This document shows positions 26,646-38,007 of a stretch of 64,000 bases of DNA, piece by piece. The first letter of the stretch is position 1. The number at the start of each line of letters is the position of its first letter. The stretch covers positions 33,604,001-33,668,000 of the forward strand of contig CM060733.1 in assembly GCA_030704615.1 (NCBI GenBank), read 5' to 3'. Made by a program: the position numbers and the translations under genes. The notes below the pieces were generated by a model. The model did not search any database, had not been told where the DNA came from, and saw nothing but the letters and a program-made list of their open reading frames with translations. The stretch comes from Takakia lepidozioides (taxonomy: Eukaryota > Plantae > Bryophyta).

Positions 26646-27521
26646 TTGCAGCGCGTAGAAGGGATTGCCCCCCCCCCCTTCCACACAGCGATCCCCGGTG
26701 GAGACTGGAGACGTTTGCAGATTATGAGTACACCACATGAGCTCTCACAGCTGGAATTTGCTCGATGGTGGGTCAACCGCCGGCTTCATAATATTCCTAT
26801 TGAGGATTGTATGTCTCCTTTGTTGTGTTGGAAAGGAAATGCACATAGGTGGCCAAATGTGGCGTGGCTGGCGAAGATATTGGGCATTCTGGGTAGCCAA
26901 ATCGAGACTGAAAGGATTTTCAGTGTGGCCGGTGTGCTCACAAGTTTGTGGAGATGCAGGCCGGGGGTGGAGAACCTTGACAGCTTAGTTATGATCTACA
27001 AAAATTGGCCTGATGACGCAAGGGTGGGGTGCAGCTTTGCAAATAAGGATGTGGCTGAGTTCTGTGATGCCGAGGCTGATCTCCTCGACTCACATGAGGA
27101 TGAACTCGGAGAGGCAGGAATGTTTGAGGACGAGTAGATAGGCAAAAATTGGTCTATGGGCTCCTGCGGTATAGAGAAGTTATAGATATTTCCACAAATA
27201 CATAAAGGAACTTCTTTTTTTCTTAAATAGAAAGGGAAGGTAGCCCTCATTGTTTTTATTTCTGGCGAAATTTCGCACTTTTTCGACCTCAAAAATCAAA
27301 ATCGAATATTCTGTCGTAAATTCCCTATTTTATCATGGATGAAATCGCCAAAATTCTCAAAAACAGATGAATTCGCCTATTGTGGATGATATACATGGAT
27401 GAAAGTACAGAAGAGGATGATTCAGTCCAGATTTCAGTGGATGAGCAGAAAATATGGCTATTTCCTGCAAAACTCAGTAGCCACTCATGTTCTTTTCCAA
27501 ATTTGAAAAAAAAAACACTGG
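26646..27521 (+). mobile_element. hAT transposon 3' remnant: dimerisation domain plus terminal region
   Basis: PLLCWKGNAHRWPNVAWLAKILGILGSQIETERIFSVAG..LVMIYKNWP. The terminus AAAACACTGG matches the MITE end. Confidence 0.88.
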
Positions 27522-29607
27522 CAGCCCTTGAGAACGTTATTGATAATTATTGAAGGGAAAAAAGTAAACCCTTACATGCCCATAGGCCGCCATAAGGCAA
27601 AGACTCACGAGATTCGTGATGGATGCCCCGAAGAGCAGTAGCCAGTATCATTCCAGGATACTGATTGCCTAACGGGCAAATTCTTTTGTTCCCTATGGCG
27701 CCCTTAGTTGTATTACCTAGTAATTATCTGAATCTTAGCTACAACCAGTTTTGGGCTTATCCTTTACCCATTGTTTATACACATAACATCTTTGAAATTT
27801 TATTTTTCCCCTTTATCAATGTAACATATAACCTCAACTCTATGTTTTGAGGTGCCTCAAAATATTAGTTTGAGCTTTAAGAAATAAATAAGTAAGAATA
27901 TTACCTGCTGAGGTGGTGGCGGCACTTCGTCTGCTGAAGTGCGCACTTCAGCTTACATATATATATATATATATATATATAACCTAATATTAGTATATGA
28001 AAATATATTCTGTTAAATTTGTACATACCTGTACATATCCGTATACATACCACCCTAGTATGTGAATTCCTTTTCAGACCTACTCCTACCTGGCATCCGG
28101 GATGTCCCACATGGCAATACCCCTACCACCCACGTACCCCACCCACGCCTGGATCTGCACGGGGCCCTACCAGCTTGGCCTTAAAGGTCCATTAGACATA
28201 CAAGTCTGGTATGTCAAAATGGACATACCAGTACACCACTGATCTCAACTTGACAAAAAAAAACAAAACAAAACAAAACAAAACAATCATCTCGTTTTTT
28301 GTTTTTTTTTTTTTTAAAGAGAACAGGGGCTCTTGGCAGAACTTTAATATGTTTATTAGGGGGAAAAAAAAATTAAAACCCCGTTGAACACCATTGAGGT
28401 GGTACACACACCGTAATCAGTGATCGTTGAAATATCATAATCATTACTAACTACATTAGTATGTGTACATCACTCGCAAAACCCACAAATACTACCACTT
28501 TCTACCATCAACTGGACCAGATTCTAAAATATTTATTTATTTACAGACAGCTTGGTCTCCCTATACCTTCTCACCAACCAAATTTGTATGTCATCATCAG
28601 AGATCCACCATCTTGTTAGTGCACTTATAAAAGAAATCGTTGATGTTGTATCATCTTTACCGTTGCAAATCCATATACATAAAGTTCAATCTTACCCCGG
28701 CATAATAGGTTATGACATAGCAGACCATCTTGCTCAACTTGGTGTCATTGAGCCAATTGCTAACCCCTCGACCAGCCCTATCCACCAGTCATACACCTAC
28801 CCGTTTTGGTTTCTATCAACAAGGGCTACATTCCCGACCATAGCACCTATACGGAATTTGCACATACACATTCAAGGCGAGATCAAACTACTCATACAAG
28901 AATCCCGCACCTTCAGAAATTCCTACATATCTATGTGGGTCTCGTCCCCGCATCTGCTACATAGTATGTCCAATCATTTTTGGACATCCCCTAGGGTTAC
29001 TGATACACAAATCAAACAAACTTTGAAATTTCGGTATGGTCAATACGTGGGCAATCAACGACGAAACTTGTTCTGGCCATTATTATATCATAATAAACAT
29101 TGTGTGTTATATTCATCCCAAAATCCCCAAATAGATACATGGCCACACTTACTTCTCCACTGCAACCACCCTATTCATGGGTTGCGGGTAACTAGATATA
29201 ACCAAGGGGTTAGACAACTCTATAAAATTATCACTTCACATCCGAAATCCAAATGGTTTAACCTCATCAATGCAGGCACGTTCCAAGGTTGCCCACCGGA
29301 CCACCTTATATCCCCATGGTTGCTATCGTGTGTATTGTCGCACACCTCACTTCGGTAAGCTCCCCTTCAAGTCATAGTTACTCGATTTGATGCGCGCGTC
29401 TAACTCCCAAACTGGCCGCCGGGCCAACTTAGAGCTTCGACTGCTCACCGGGACATAACGGTCCCCCTTTGCTCCTCCACAAGACCCTCTCTCAATTTGG
29501 GCCTAATGGAATTCCCTTTGGTTGTTGGCAGTCCGGAACAGCTCCCCACACCTTGGTCGTTTTCCGGCTCGCGCGCTTACTCATTAGTTTTTGGTCACCA
29601 ACGGGCT

Positions 29608-32600
29608 TGTAGCAAGGACGAGAACATGACTGAACACAAACAAGAGATAAAACTAGAGGTACAAGGCTAGACAAGAAGTCAAGGTCGGCGTGGCCGAATG
29701 CACGATGAGTAAATAGGAATCAAGACAATCTTTATAACGATGAACAAGAGTACAAGATATTGGAACACGACTTGAATATTGGAATGCTGGAAACTGGACT
29801 GGAGTACCAGATACTGGAAACTGGGCTAGGGTACTGGGAACTGGACTGGAGTACTGGAAACTGGAAACAAGAGTAGCTTGAACTGGTGTTGGCGAGACTG
29901 AAGAGTGTCCAGTCTTGCCTCCTATATATACTGGCTATTAAGAAGCTTCCCCAATAATAGAGGTTTCTTGCTGGAGAAGTTTCCAAGATTAAACAAAAGT
30001 TTCTTGATGGAGAAGCTTCATTAAACAAAGGAGGTATCTTGATGGACAAGTTTCCTCCAAAAGAAGCTTCCTAAGTAGTTTCCCAAGTTACTCTTGGTAA
30101 TTTGGTAAACTCCCGGTAACTTGGTAAGTCATGGTAAATCATGGTAAGCCATGGTAACTTTCGGTAACTTGGTAACTTGGTAACTTCTGGTATTTACTCA
30201 TGGTAAGTTTTTCTGGGCTATGTCCGTGACATCACCCCATCCTCCAGCGCCGAGCTCCTCGAGGAGCGGTAAAATCTTGGACTTGCTTAGAGTTGGAGAA
30301 AATCAAAAATCCGGCGAATAGTACTTGCCAAGTATTCGGCTCTTCGTTCTTGACTCAAATGATTTATAGGTCTCTGCAACCATCGATAGTGTCCAACACC
30401 TTGAACTTGGGACCACATAGTGATTTGAGCATTCTGATTTTCGAAACTGCTTTCAAACATGATTTCGTTGCCCTCTGGGTCCGAAGCCTCAACCTCCAAC
30501 AGAATTATCAGATTTGAGTAGGCTTCACTTGCCGTCGTACGGGGTTCAGACGAGGAAGTACGCGTCGCATTGGTGGCCCATCGTCTCGATAGCGTCGGCG
30601 TGATGTTGAAGGTCGTGAGAGTCAGAATGGCTGATCTGGTAGCTGGGTAAGCGACAACTCCAATGTATCTGGTTCCTGTGACTCCATACTGCCAATACAA
30701 GATGCAAGAGTGCTGGAAGTGTAGCTATATATACTGATGTGTGGTGCTCCTCCCTCCTTAGCGTGTATCAGGTACATTAAATGTGGAGTCTTCACCTTGA
30801 AGCTAACTTGACTGACATCATCGTTGTGACGTCTTATTGACGTGTAGCTCGGGGATTAGCTGGATATCGTTGATAAAACTCTTAGACTTTGTCAGATGCA
30901 TTGGCGAGGTTGGATGAAGGTTCCCACGTTCGTTCGCTGATGTCGTAGCTTTTCTAATGTACGAAATACTTAAGACGTTTATACTTGATGCGAGAGTCTA
31001 GGACTTCGTCGACTTCATACTCAAGTTCTTGATTGACTTCGACTGGTGGAGGTGGTACGGAGACTCTCCCTGGAATATTTGATGGATGATACAACTCCAA
31101 TAATAAAACATGAAAGACTGGATGGATGCGCATACTTCGTGGGAGTTTAAGCCGAAAACTGACCGGATTGATGGTCGCGAGGTTTGTATGTCTCGTCGAA
31201 GAAACCACACACGATCTCCGACCTTGAACTGGGGTTGGAATTGGCGACGTTGATCTGCATACTCCTTGTATTGTTTTTGAGCTTCTGCGAGGTGGGATGT
31301 AAGCTCCTTATGAATCGTAGCTAGATGAGTAGCAAGGTTTTCTACAGCAGGGCTTCCAACAGTCTTCATGTGGAAAGGGTTTGCTCGAGGATAATGACCA
31401 TAATTGGAGAAAAATGGAGTTTGTTTGGTCGAAGAATGTATAGTGTTGTTGTAGGCAAACTCAGCCAATGACAGAAGGTCCGTCCAATTATCTTGGTGAT
31501 AATTTATCGTACAGCGAAGATACTGCTCCAAAATCTGGTTTACACGTTCGGTTTGACCATCAGTCTGTGGATGATTAGCTGTAGAGAGGTTGATCTTAGT
31601 ATCCAATATGTGAAATAATCCCCTCCAGAAATTTGATATGAACTGTGGTCCTCGATCAGATACGATGTCCTTCGGGAGTCCATGAATGCGGTACATATTA
31701 TTGAGGAAGAGTCTTGCAGTTTCCTCGCCGGTAACCGTCTTATTACATTGAATGATGTGTCATCTTCGTAAAACGATCTACAATAACAAAGATTGAATCG
31801 GTGGTCTTGGAAATTGGAAGGTCCGTAATAAAGTCCATAGACACGGACGACCATGGACCCTCGGGAATGGGTAATGGTTGAAGAAGGCCGTAAGATCGAT
31901 GTCGTGGTCCCTTCGCTCTAGCACACGTGTCACAAAATTTTATGAATTTTTTCACGAGTTTCCACATCTGCGGCCACCAATAGTCCCTGGATATCAACTC
32001 CAATGTTTTGTTGAAGCCGAAATGTCCTGCAGCCGGAAGATCATGACATGTTTGAAGAATTCGAAGTTGCGTAGGTCCTGGATTGACATACTCCATCTCG
32101 CTTAACGTCAGTTTAGCTCCCTCCAATAGATGTCGTCACTCCTCAAAAGCATCGATAATCGTTAGAAGTTCTTTGTCATGGATTTCATAATTGATCTCCG
32201 CAGCGGAAAATTTGCGAGAACGAAAACCAACAGGGTGGAGTCGGTCATCTGTACCGTATTGCGAGAATACCGCGCTAAGTGCAAAGTCCGATGCATCTGC
32301 TTATAAGAAGAATGGTTTAGATGGGTCTGCATGTACCAGTATTGGAGCCGTTGTAAATGTCTGCTTCAACCTTTCAAATGTCTGGTCAGCCTTCTCGTCC
32401 CATACAAATTTGTCATTCCATGTGAGTCGTGTCAACGGTGCAGCAATTTTGGAGTAGTCATTGATGAAGATTCTATAGAAATTTGCAAAGCCCAGAAAAC
32501 ATTGTACATCTCGGACCGAAGTTGGTTTAATCCACTCGATGATGGTTTGTATTTTCTTCTGATCCATAAAGACGTCTTTGTCCGAAAAAAATTCGACCTC

Positions 32601-34938
32601 AGATTGATGGAAAAGACATTTCTCCAACTTGGCATATAGTCTTCTTTCTCTTAATTTATCAAGGACAAGGCGTACATGGCGGCCATGTTCTTCTTCATTC
32701 TGTGAAAATATCAAAATGTCGTCCAAATAGATGACTACAAAGTCATCTAAAAATTCTCGAAAGATGTCATTCATCATATGTTGGAAAATTGCTGGAGCAT
32801 TGGTAAGACCGAAAGGTATAACACTGTATTCAAAATGTCCATACCTTGTTCGAAAAGCTGTTTTCCATTCGTCTCCTTCTTTTATCCGTACAAGGTTATA
32901 GGCTCATCTCAAGTCGATTTTGGTGAAAATATTTGCTCGTCCCAGCTGGTCGAGAAGCCCAGAAATCAGAGGTAACGGATAACGATTTTTTATTGTGACT
33001 TTGTTGAGACCACGATAGTCGACACACATGCATAATGATCCGTCCTTCTTTTTCACAAACAAGATAGGCGCCCCCGCGGGTGATTTTGAATGTCGGATGA
33101 AGTGCTTCGACAAATTTTCATCAATGTATTTATGTAATGCAGCCAACTCCGTCTGGGATAAGTTATAGATTGGGCCGAATGGTGGTTGGGCTCCTTCTTG
33201 TAACTCAATTGCATAGTCATAAGGTCGATGTTCTGCATTTTTCTTGTCGAAGACATCTTTGAAATCTTGATATTGAGCGGTAATGTTGAAGTACCTTTGT
33301 ATGTTGTGGTCTTGATCGGAGTTGCATAAAGTGCAAATGCCGCCTCTTTTTTTGTAGCTCTCATGAAAGCTCTAGCTCCAAGGAATATGGGTTGAATACC
33401 TTTGATATTTCTACATTTTTGTCTTGTAGAAATTTTTCGCGATCACCAGTCGATGTCGGGATTGTGAAATACGAACCAGGGAAGTCCAAGGATCACATGA
33501 TTCGTTGGAGACTGGATGACATTGAAAACAATATGTGATGCTTGACCTTTAAGCTTCACTTCAAGTGGTCGAGTTTCATGGTCCACATTTCCTGATGCTA
33601 ACGGTCGTCCATCGATGATTTCAACGGGGACCGATAGTTTCTTCTTTACGAGCGTTAAATTGTATTGTTTCGCAAAGTTTTTGTCCATAAAACAAGCTAA
33701 AACTCCTAAGTCCAAAAGTGCTTCTACAACGATATCTCGATTTTGTACTCTGATTTTTACCGGAACTGTGAAGCAAGGTGCAGGGTCTAGAAGTAGAAAG
33801 AGACCTTTTTTCGGTAAGGAATTTGTGGTGTCCAGCCGCATGGTCCATACTGTGACTGGACATCGTCATTTTCCAATCTTCTCTTGTTATGGCAGTTTAA
33901 TGCTATGTGATCTTCTTCTCCGCAATAGAAGCATAATCCATTTGAGCACCGTCTTTGTTTTTCTTGTGACGTCAATGGTTTGAATCGGACAGCATCAATC
34001 TGCATAGGATCACTACTGGATGTCTGATGGATCGTTGTATTTGGTGTCGTAGTAGCAGTGACATGATGCGTCGTCGACCATCTAGATCGCTTTTCTTGAC
34101 GTTTTTCGAACAAACGATTATCGCATGCAATGACTTGGGTGATGAATTCACTCAGTGTGCTCACGTTTGGCATTGTCAGCAACAAATCTTTTACATATTT
34201 AGTCCACATCGAAACTGACTAATGAGGCTCTTCTCATTCCAGTCGAGGTCACACGCAAGTTGTCAAGATTCGGCAGCACAAACGGAAGCAGGACGTGCTC
34301 TTTGTCGAAGATTTCGCATCTTTGTTTCTGCAACTCTCTCTTTATCATTCTCTCCAAACGTTGCAGTGAACTCGGACATGAATGCTTCAAAATTATATAG
34401 TAAATGCGAATTTTTTTCTAATAGCGGTGCAAACCAAGATAAGGCAGTGCCTGATAGAAAGGTGCCCACAAATCCCACTTGAATACCTTCATCGGGGTAG
34501 CGTTGTGGATGTAGTCGTAGGAACAGTCGTACTTGTTGAACAAAACCACGAAATCTTGATCTCGTCCCATCAAATTTCTCGGGCATGCTGATCTTTGGTT
34601 CTCTCGTAATCTGTTGAAGAAGAACCGTTGTAGTAGGAGCTGTTGCAGTAGGGAATTGTATGGTTGAAGATCCATTGTTTGATTCCTTGAACTCTGAAAT
34701 TTGTTGTTGCAAATTGTGGAGAGCGTTATCAAGATCTTGAGACTGATCAGCTTGCAATTGGGCGGTAGATGTACGAAGTTCTTGCATCTGGAGCTGAAAA
34801 CTCTGCAATGTGGTGACCATTTCCGCAAATGTGTCTTCCATCTTAACTAACTAAAGAACAAACTTTAGTCTCGTTAAACTGTCAAGGACGAAAACATGAC
34901 TGAACACAAACAAGAGATAAGACTAGAGGTACAAGGCG
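29608..34938 (-). mobile_element. Tcn1-like chromovirus, family B, nested in the family A LTR. 3' LTR 29608-30231, 5' LTR stub 34880-34938, degenerate gag-PR-RT-RH-IN-chromodomain
   Basis: Gag PEKFDGTRSRFRGF, CFYCGEEDHIALNC, protease ALLDLG, RT YLDDILIFS, integrase HPQTDGQTER, chromodomain EYEVDEVLDSR, PPT GGAGGATGGGGTGA. Confidence 0.92.
30287..30700 (-). CDS. Additional ORF between the chromodomain and the 3' LTR of family B; function unknown
   Basis: 137-codon open frame, with TATATATAG about 30 bp upstream (~30725-30733). Confidence 0.4.
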   Translation of the reverse strand: MYWQYGVTGTRYIGVVAYPATRSAILTLTTFNITPTLSRRWATNATRTSSSEPRTTASEAYSNLIILLEVEASDPEGNEIMFESSFENQNAQITMWSQVQGVGHYRWLQRPINHLSQERRAEYLASTIRRIFDFLQL

Positions 34939-35264
34939 GTAGGGCGCCTTGGCAGGCGGCTCCGATCCCGGTATCAAGATCCAGTCCATCGATATCGCAA
35001 ATTGTGAAGTTCTCACATCCCTTCCAACTCTCCAGCTGAAGAGGAACATCGGACGCCAACCTCATCGTCAGTTGTGGTTCTCCTTTGGCAGAACGCACTT
35101 CAATAGAGGCCCCCACATCACTTGTCGGGAGCCCCAGCTTCCATGCTGTTGCCGGTGTCATGAAGGAGTGCGACGCTCTTGTGTCCACCAACAACGACAC
35201 GTTAGTTCCGGAAATTATTCCACTCACAAACATTAACTGACTCCCTTTACGCAAGGGAGTCAGT

Positions 35265-35350
35265 TATATAATATACGATATATGATGCCAGCCGGAGCTA
35301 GCGTAAATAAGAGTCTCTTCCCCTTGCGGAACTGTCCCCTCACAAGAGTA
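35265..35350 (-). mobile_element. Solo ~80-bp RLE-LINE 3' structured end, inserted between gag and protease of Gypsy A
   Basis: GGGGACAGTTCCGCAAGGGGAAGAGACTCTTATTTACGCTAGCTCCGGCTGGCATCATAT plus a TA-rich tail; close match to 37771-37829. Confidence 0.75.
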
Positions 35351-37851
35351 GTTGTCTACCTTGCAAGTCTTGGTGACCACCGCTTCCACCAAGCGACTGA
35401 TGTAATCTTCGGACAGCTCCGTGGTCGCCCGAGTCATGTTCAATTGACGGGGCTTCGCGCACTTCTTAGCCATGTGCCCGGGCTCCCCGCAATTATAGCA
35501 CACCCCATCAAAGGTCGTCTTCTGTTCACCATAAGCCGTCGCACCTGATTTTCCTTTCGGAGCACCGGGTGCCGTCTTGACGTGTGAAGGCCCTCCCTTC
35601 GATTTCCATGTGCCATTGTCGCCACGTGGCCTATCCCACTTCTTTTCCGATCGGAAGGAGTCACCCTCCCGCCCAGTCTTCTTGTGGTTCAGCTCCGTAC
35701 GGCCTTGTCTTTCGCCCCTAGGGACATCCGAGAAACATTCAGCCCTTTCAATTGCCTCGTTCAAAGTCTTAGGTGGCTTCTCCTCCAATTTCCGCTTGGC
35801 CCATGGGGCCAATCCCGCCACAAAGTTGAAGACCATTTTTGGTTATGCCATATCCGCGACTTCGAGCAACAGCACATTGAAAGCCTGAACATATCCCCGA
35901 ATGTCATCCGTTTGCTTCAAATTCCTCATCTTGTCTCGGGTGAGCCAGGACGCGTTGAGAGGCACAAACTGTCTTTTCATAAGTTCATTGAACCCACTCT
36001 AGCTCAAGGTTTCGGGGTTTGGGCCTTGGTCATGAAGGCGTTTCTGCCACCACTGTTGAGCATAGCCTCTCAAATAGGTGGGAGCCACTTCCACCCGATC
36101 CTCATCACTCAACTTGGCCGCCCGGAAGTACTGCTCTAGCTCCAAGAGCCAGGTGTTGAGTGCCTTCCGATTTCGGACACCCTCGAAGGTGTCGGGTTCC
36201 TTAGGCTACACCTTAAACTTTGCCTTAGTGGAAGTGGCATTAGCCGCCTTCAATACGTCTTTCAACGTCCCGCCAAACTGCGCCAACAACCCTTCCCAAA
36301 AGGCTGCCGGCATGGAAGACATCTATTGGTCTGGCGGAGCCTCCGGGAAGTCCTCGGGCTCCGACTCCCCAGATTCCTCCCGTTCTTGAGCGGCCTCGCT
36401 TTCAAAAGCATGAATCGCCTCCTCAAATTGCCGCTTCAATGATACGTCGTCCCCATCGGGCTCACCAGATTATCATCTTTCGAGTCGTTCCGCTTTCGCT
36501 TTGGCTTGCCCGACCCCATGATGAGGCCGATCTCAAGGACGATCGCGTACTGAACTCTAAGTTCTGATACCAAGTGTCGCACACCTCACTTCGGTAAGCT
36601 CCTCTTCAAGTCATAGTTACTCGCTTTGATACGCGCGCCTAACTCCCAAACTGGCCGCCGGGCCAACTCGGAGCTTCGGCTGCTCACCGGGACATAACGG
36701 TCCCCTTTTGCTCCTCCACAAGACCCTCTCTCAATTTGGGCCTAGGGGAAATTCCCTTTGGTTGTTGGCATTCCGGGACAACTCCCCACACCTTGGTCGC
36801 TTTCCGGCTCGCACACTTACTCACTAGTTTTTGGTCATCAACAGGCTTGCACCGTTCTCGGGGTTACTACTCCCTATATATACTTCTGTGACTGTCCGCA
36901 GGGGTTTCACAAACAACACCATCCTTTTATGGCGAACCACCACGAAAACCCTCGATTCCCATTGATGAGTCACGGTGAGTCTTGGCCCACCCACCCTGGC
37001 CCCATTGGACCGTGATGAGTCCCAAGACTCCCCACGACTCCCACCACAAGGTCTCCGCCCGATGGTGAGTCCTATGCCACCCCCACTAAGACCCGCTAAG
37101 GTACCACCACTCCTCGTGGACCCACCCCCACCGCAACACGGTGTACGGGGCTCCACCTAGTGAGAGCCTCCGCCTCCTTGAGTGCCCAAGGCACTCAAGG
37201 GTGCTTCAGCCCCCGTTCCTATTGTTGCCACTGCCCCCACCACAGGGGCAACCTCCCTTTGTGTCCCAACCCCCCGCCCCCAAGACAAAGGGCGGCAACA
37301 TGTATGCTCCCAAGGGCACATGTGCCTTTGCTTGGCAAGGCTATGCCCAAATATTTTGCTAGTCCAGGGACTTCCTGCACTGACATAACCGCTGACATAA
37401 CCGCTTCCATCTCTCAAAATAATTTTTTTGGAATTCGCATTCTGCCATGATCGAAATCCAGATCAATCAATTATGTACAAACACTAAAATATGACCCAAT
37501 CATACCATGCCCTCCATCAGCGAGGCTGGAACACGACACCTCTGACTGTCATCACTGTGGGTCTCAGGGGTGGTGCTCATACCCATAATATCCAAAGTTT
37601 GAAAGATAATCCCAACCTACCACCCAAATATATTATACCTCTACTACGAGCCTTACATTTCACGGCTATTACATCACTCACATCCCTAATCCTCAATAAA
37701 CGTAAGATTGAAAGTGGCCAGGTAGCCACTGTGTAACAGGTTACGGTGCAGATAGGACCCACCTCCAAAAGGGGGCAGTACCCGAGGGGATGAGGCTCTT
37801 ATTTACGCTAGCTTCGGTTGGCATCATATAGAGAGAAGAGAGAGAGAGAGA

Positions 37852-37964
37852 AGACTCCGGCCGTAGCCAGCGTAACTAAGAACCACTTGGCCTTACGGCT
37901 ACTGCCCCCTTTTGGGGGTGGGCCCTATAATAGGAAGGGTGTCATGTGGGACACCAGATAACCA

Positions 37965-38007
<43 letters not shown>

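Larger units (their letters stand above)
29336..37300 (-). mobile_element. Gypsy LTR retrotransposon, family A. 5' LTR 36575-37300, truncated 3' LTR 29336-29607, gag + protease 36540-34940, pol deleted
   Basis: TG..CA ends, 5-bp TSD TGTAT (29331-35 / 37301-05), Met-tRNA-type PBS TGGTATCAGA, zinc knuckle CYNCGEPGHMAKKC, protease LLVDTRASHSF. Confidence 0.93.
28480..37830 (+). mobile_element. Dualen/RandI-like non-LTR retrotransposon, 3' half (RNase H - CCHC - RLE). LINE pieces are ~28480-29335 and 37301-37830, split by a Gypsy insertion
   Basis: RNase H: TDSLVSL..IHKVQSYPGIIGYDIADHLA. Zinc region: C..DTWPHLLLHC..RYN. Across the TSD: PWLLSCV|CSQGHMCLCLARLCPNIL..EFAFCHDR..KYDP..GW..PLTVITVGLRG. 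Confidence 0.75.

Noticed and set aside
36758-37450. Many Pro/Gly-rich ORFs here and at 45856-46484 and 48208-48851
   Set aside because: They lie mostly within GC-rich LTRs and are not conserved in frame between LTR copies.
37753-37927. Hammerhead or HDV ribozyme call for the 3' structure
   Set aside because: I saw no CUGANGA/GAAA core and no HDV-type pseudoknot on either strand.
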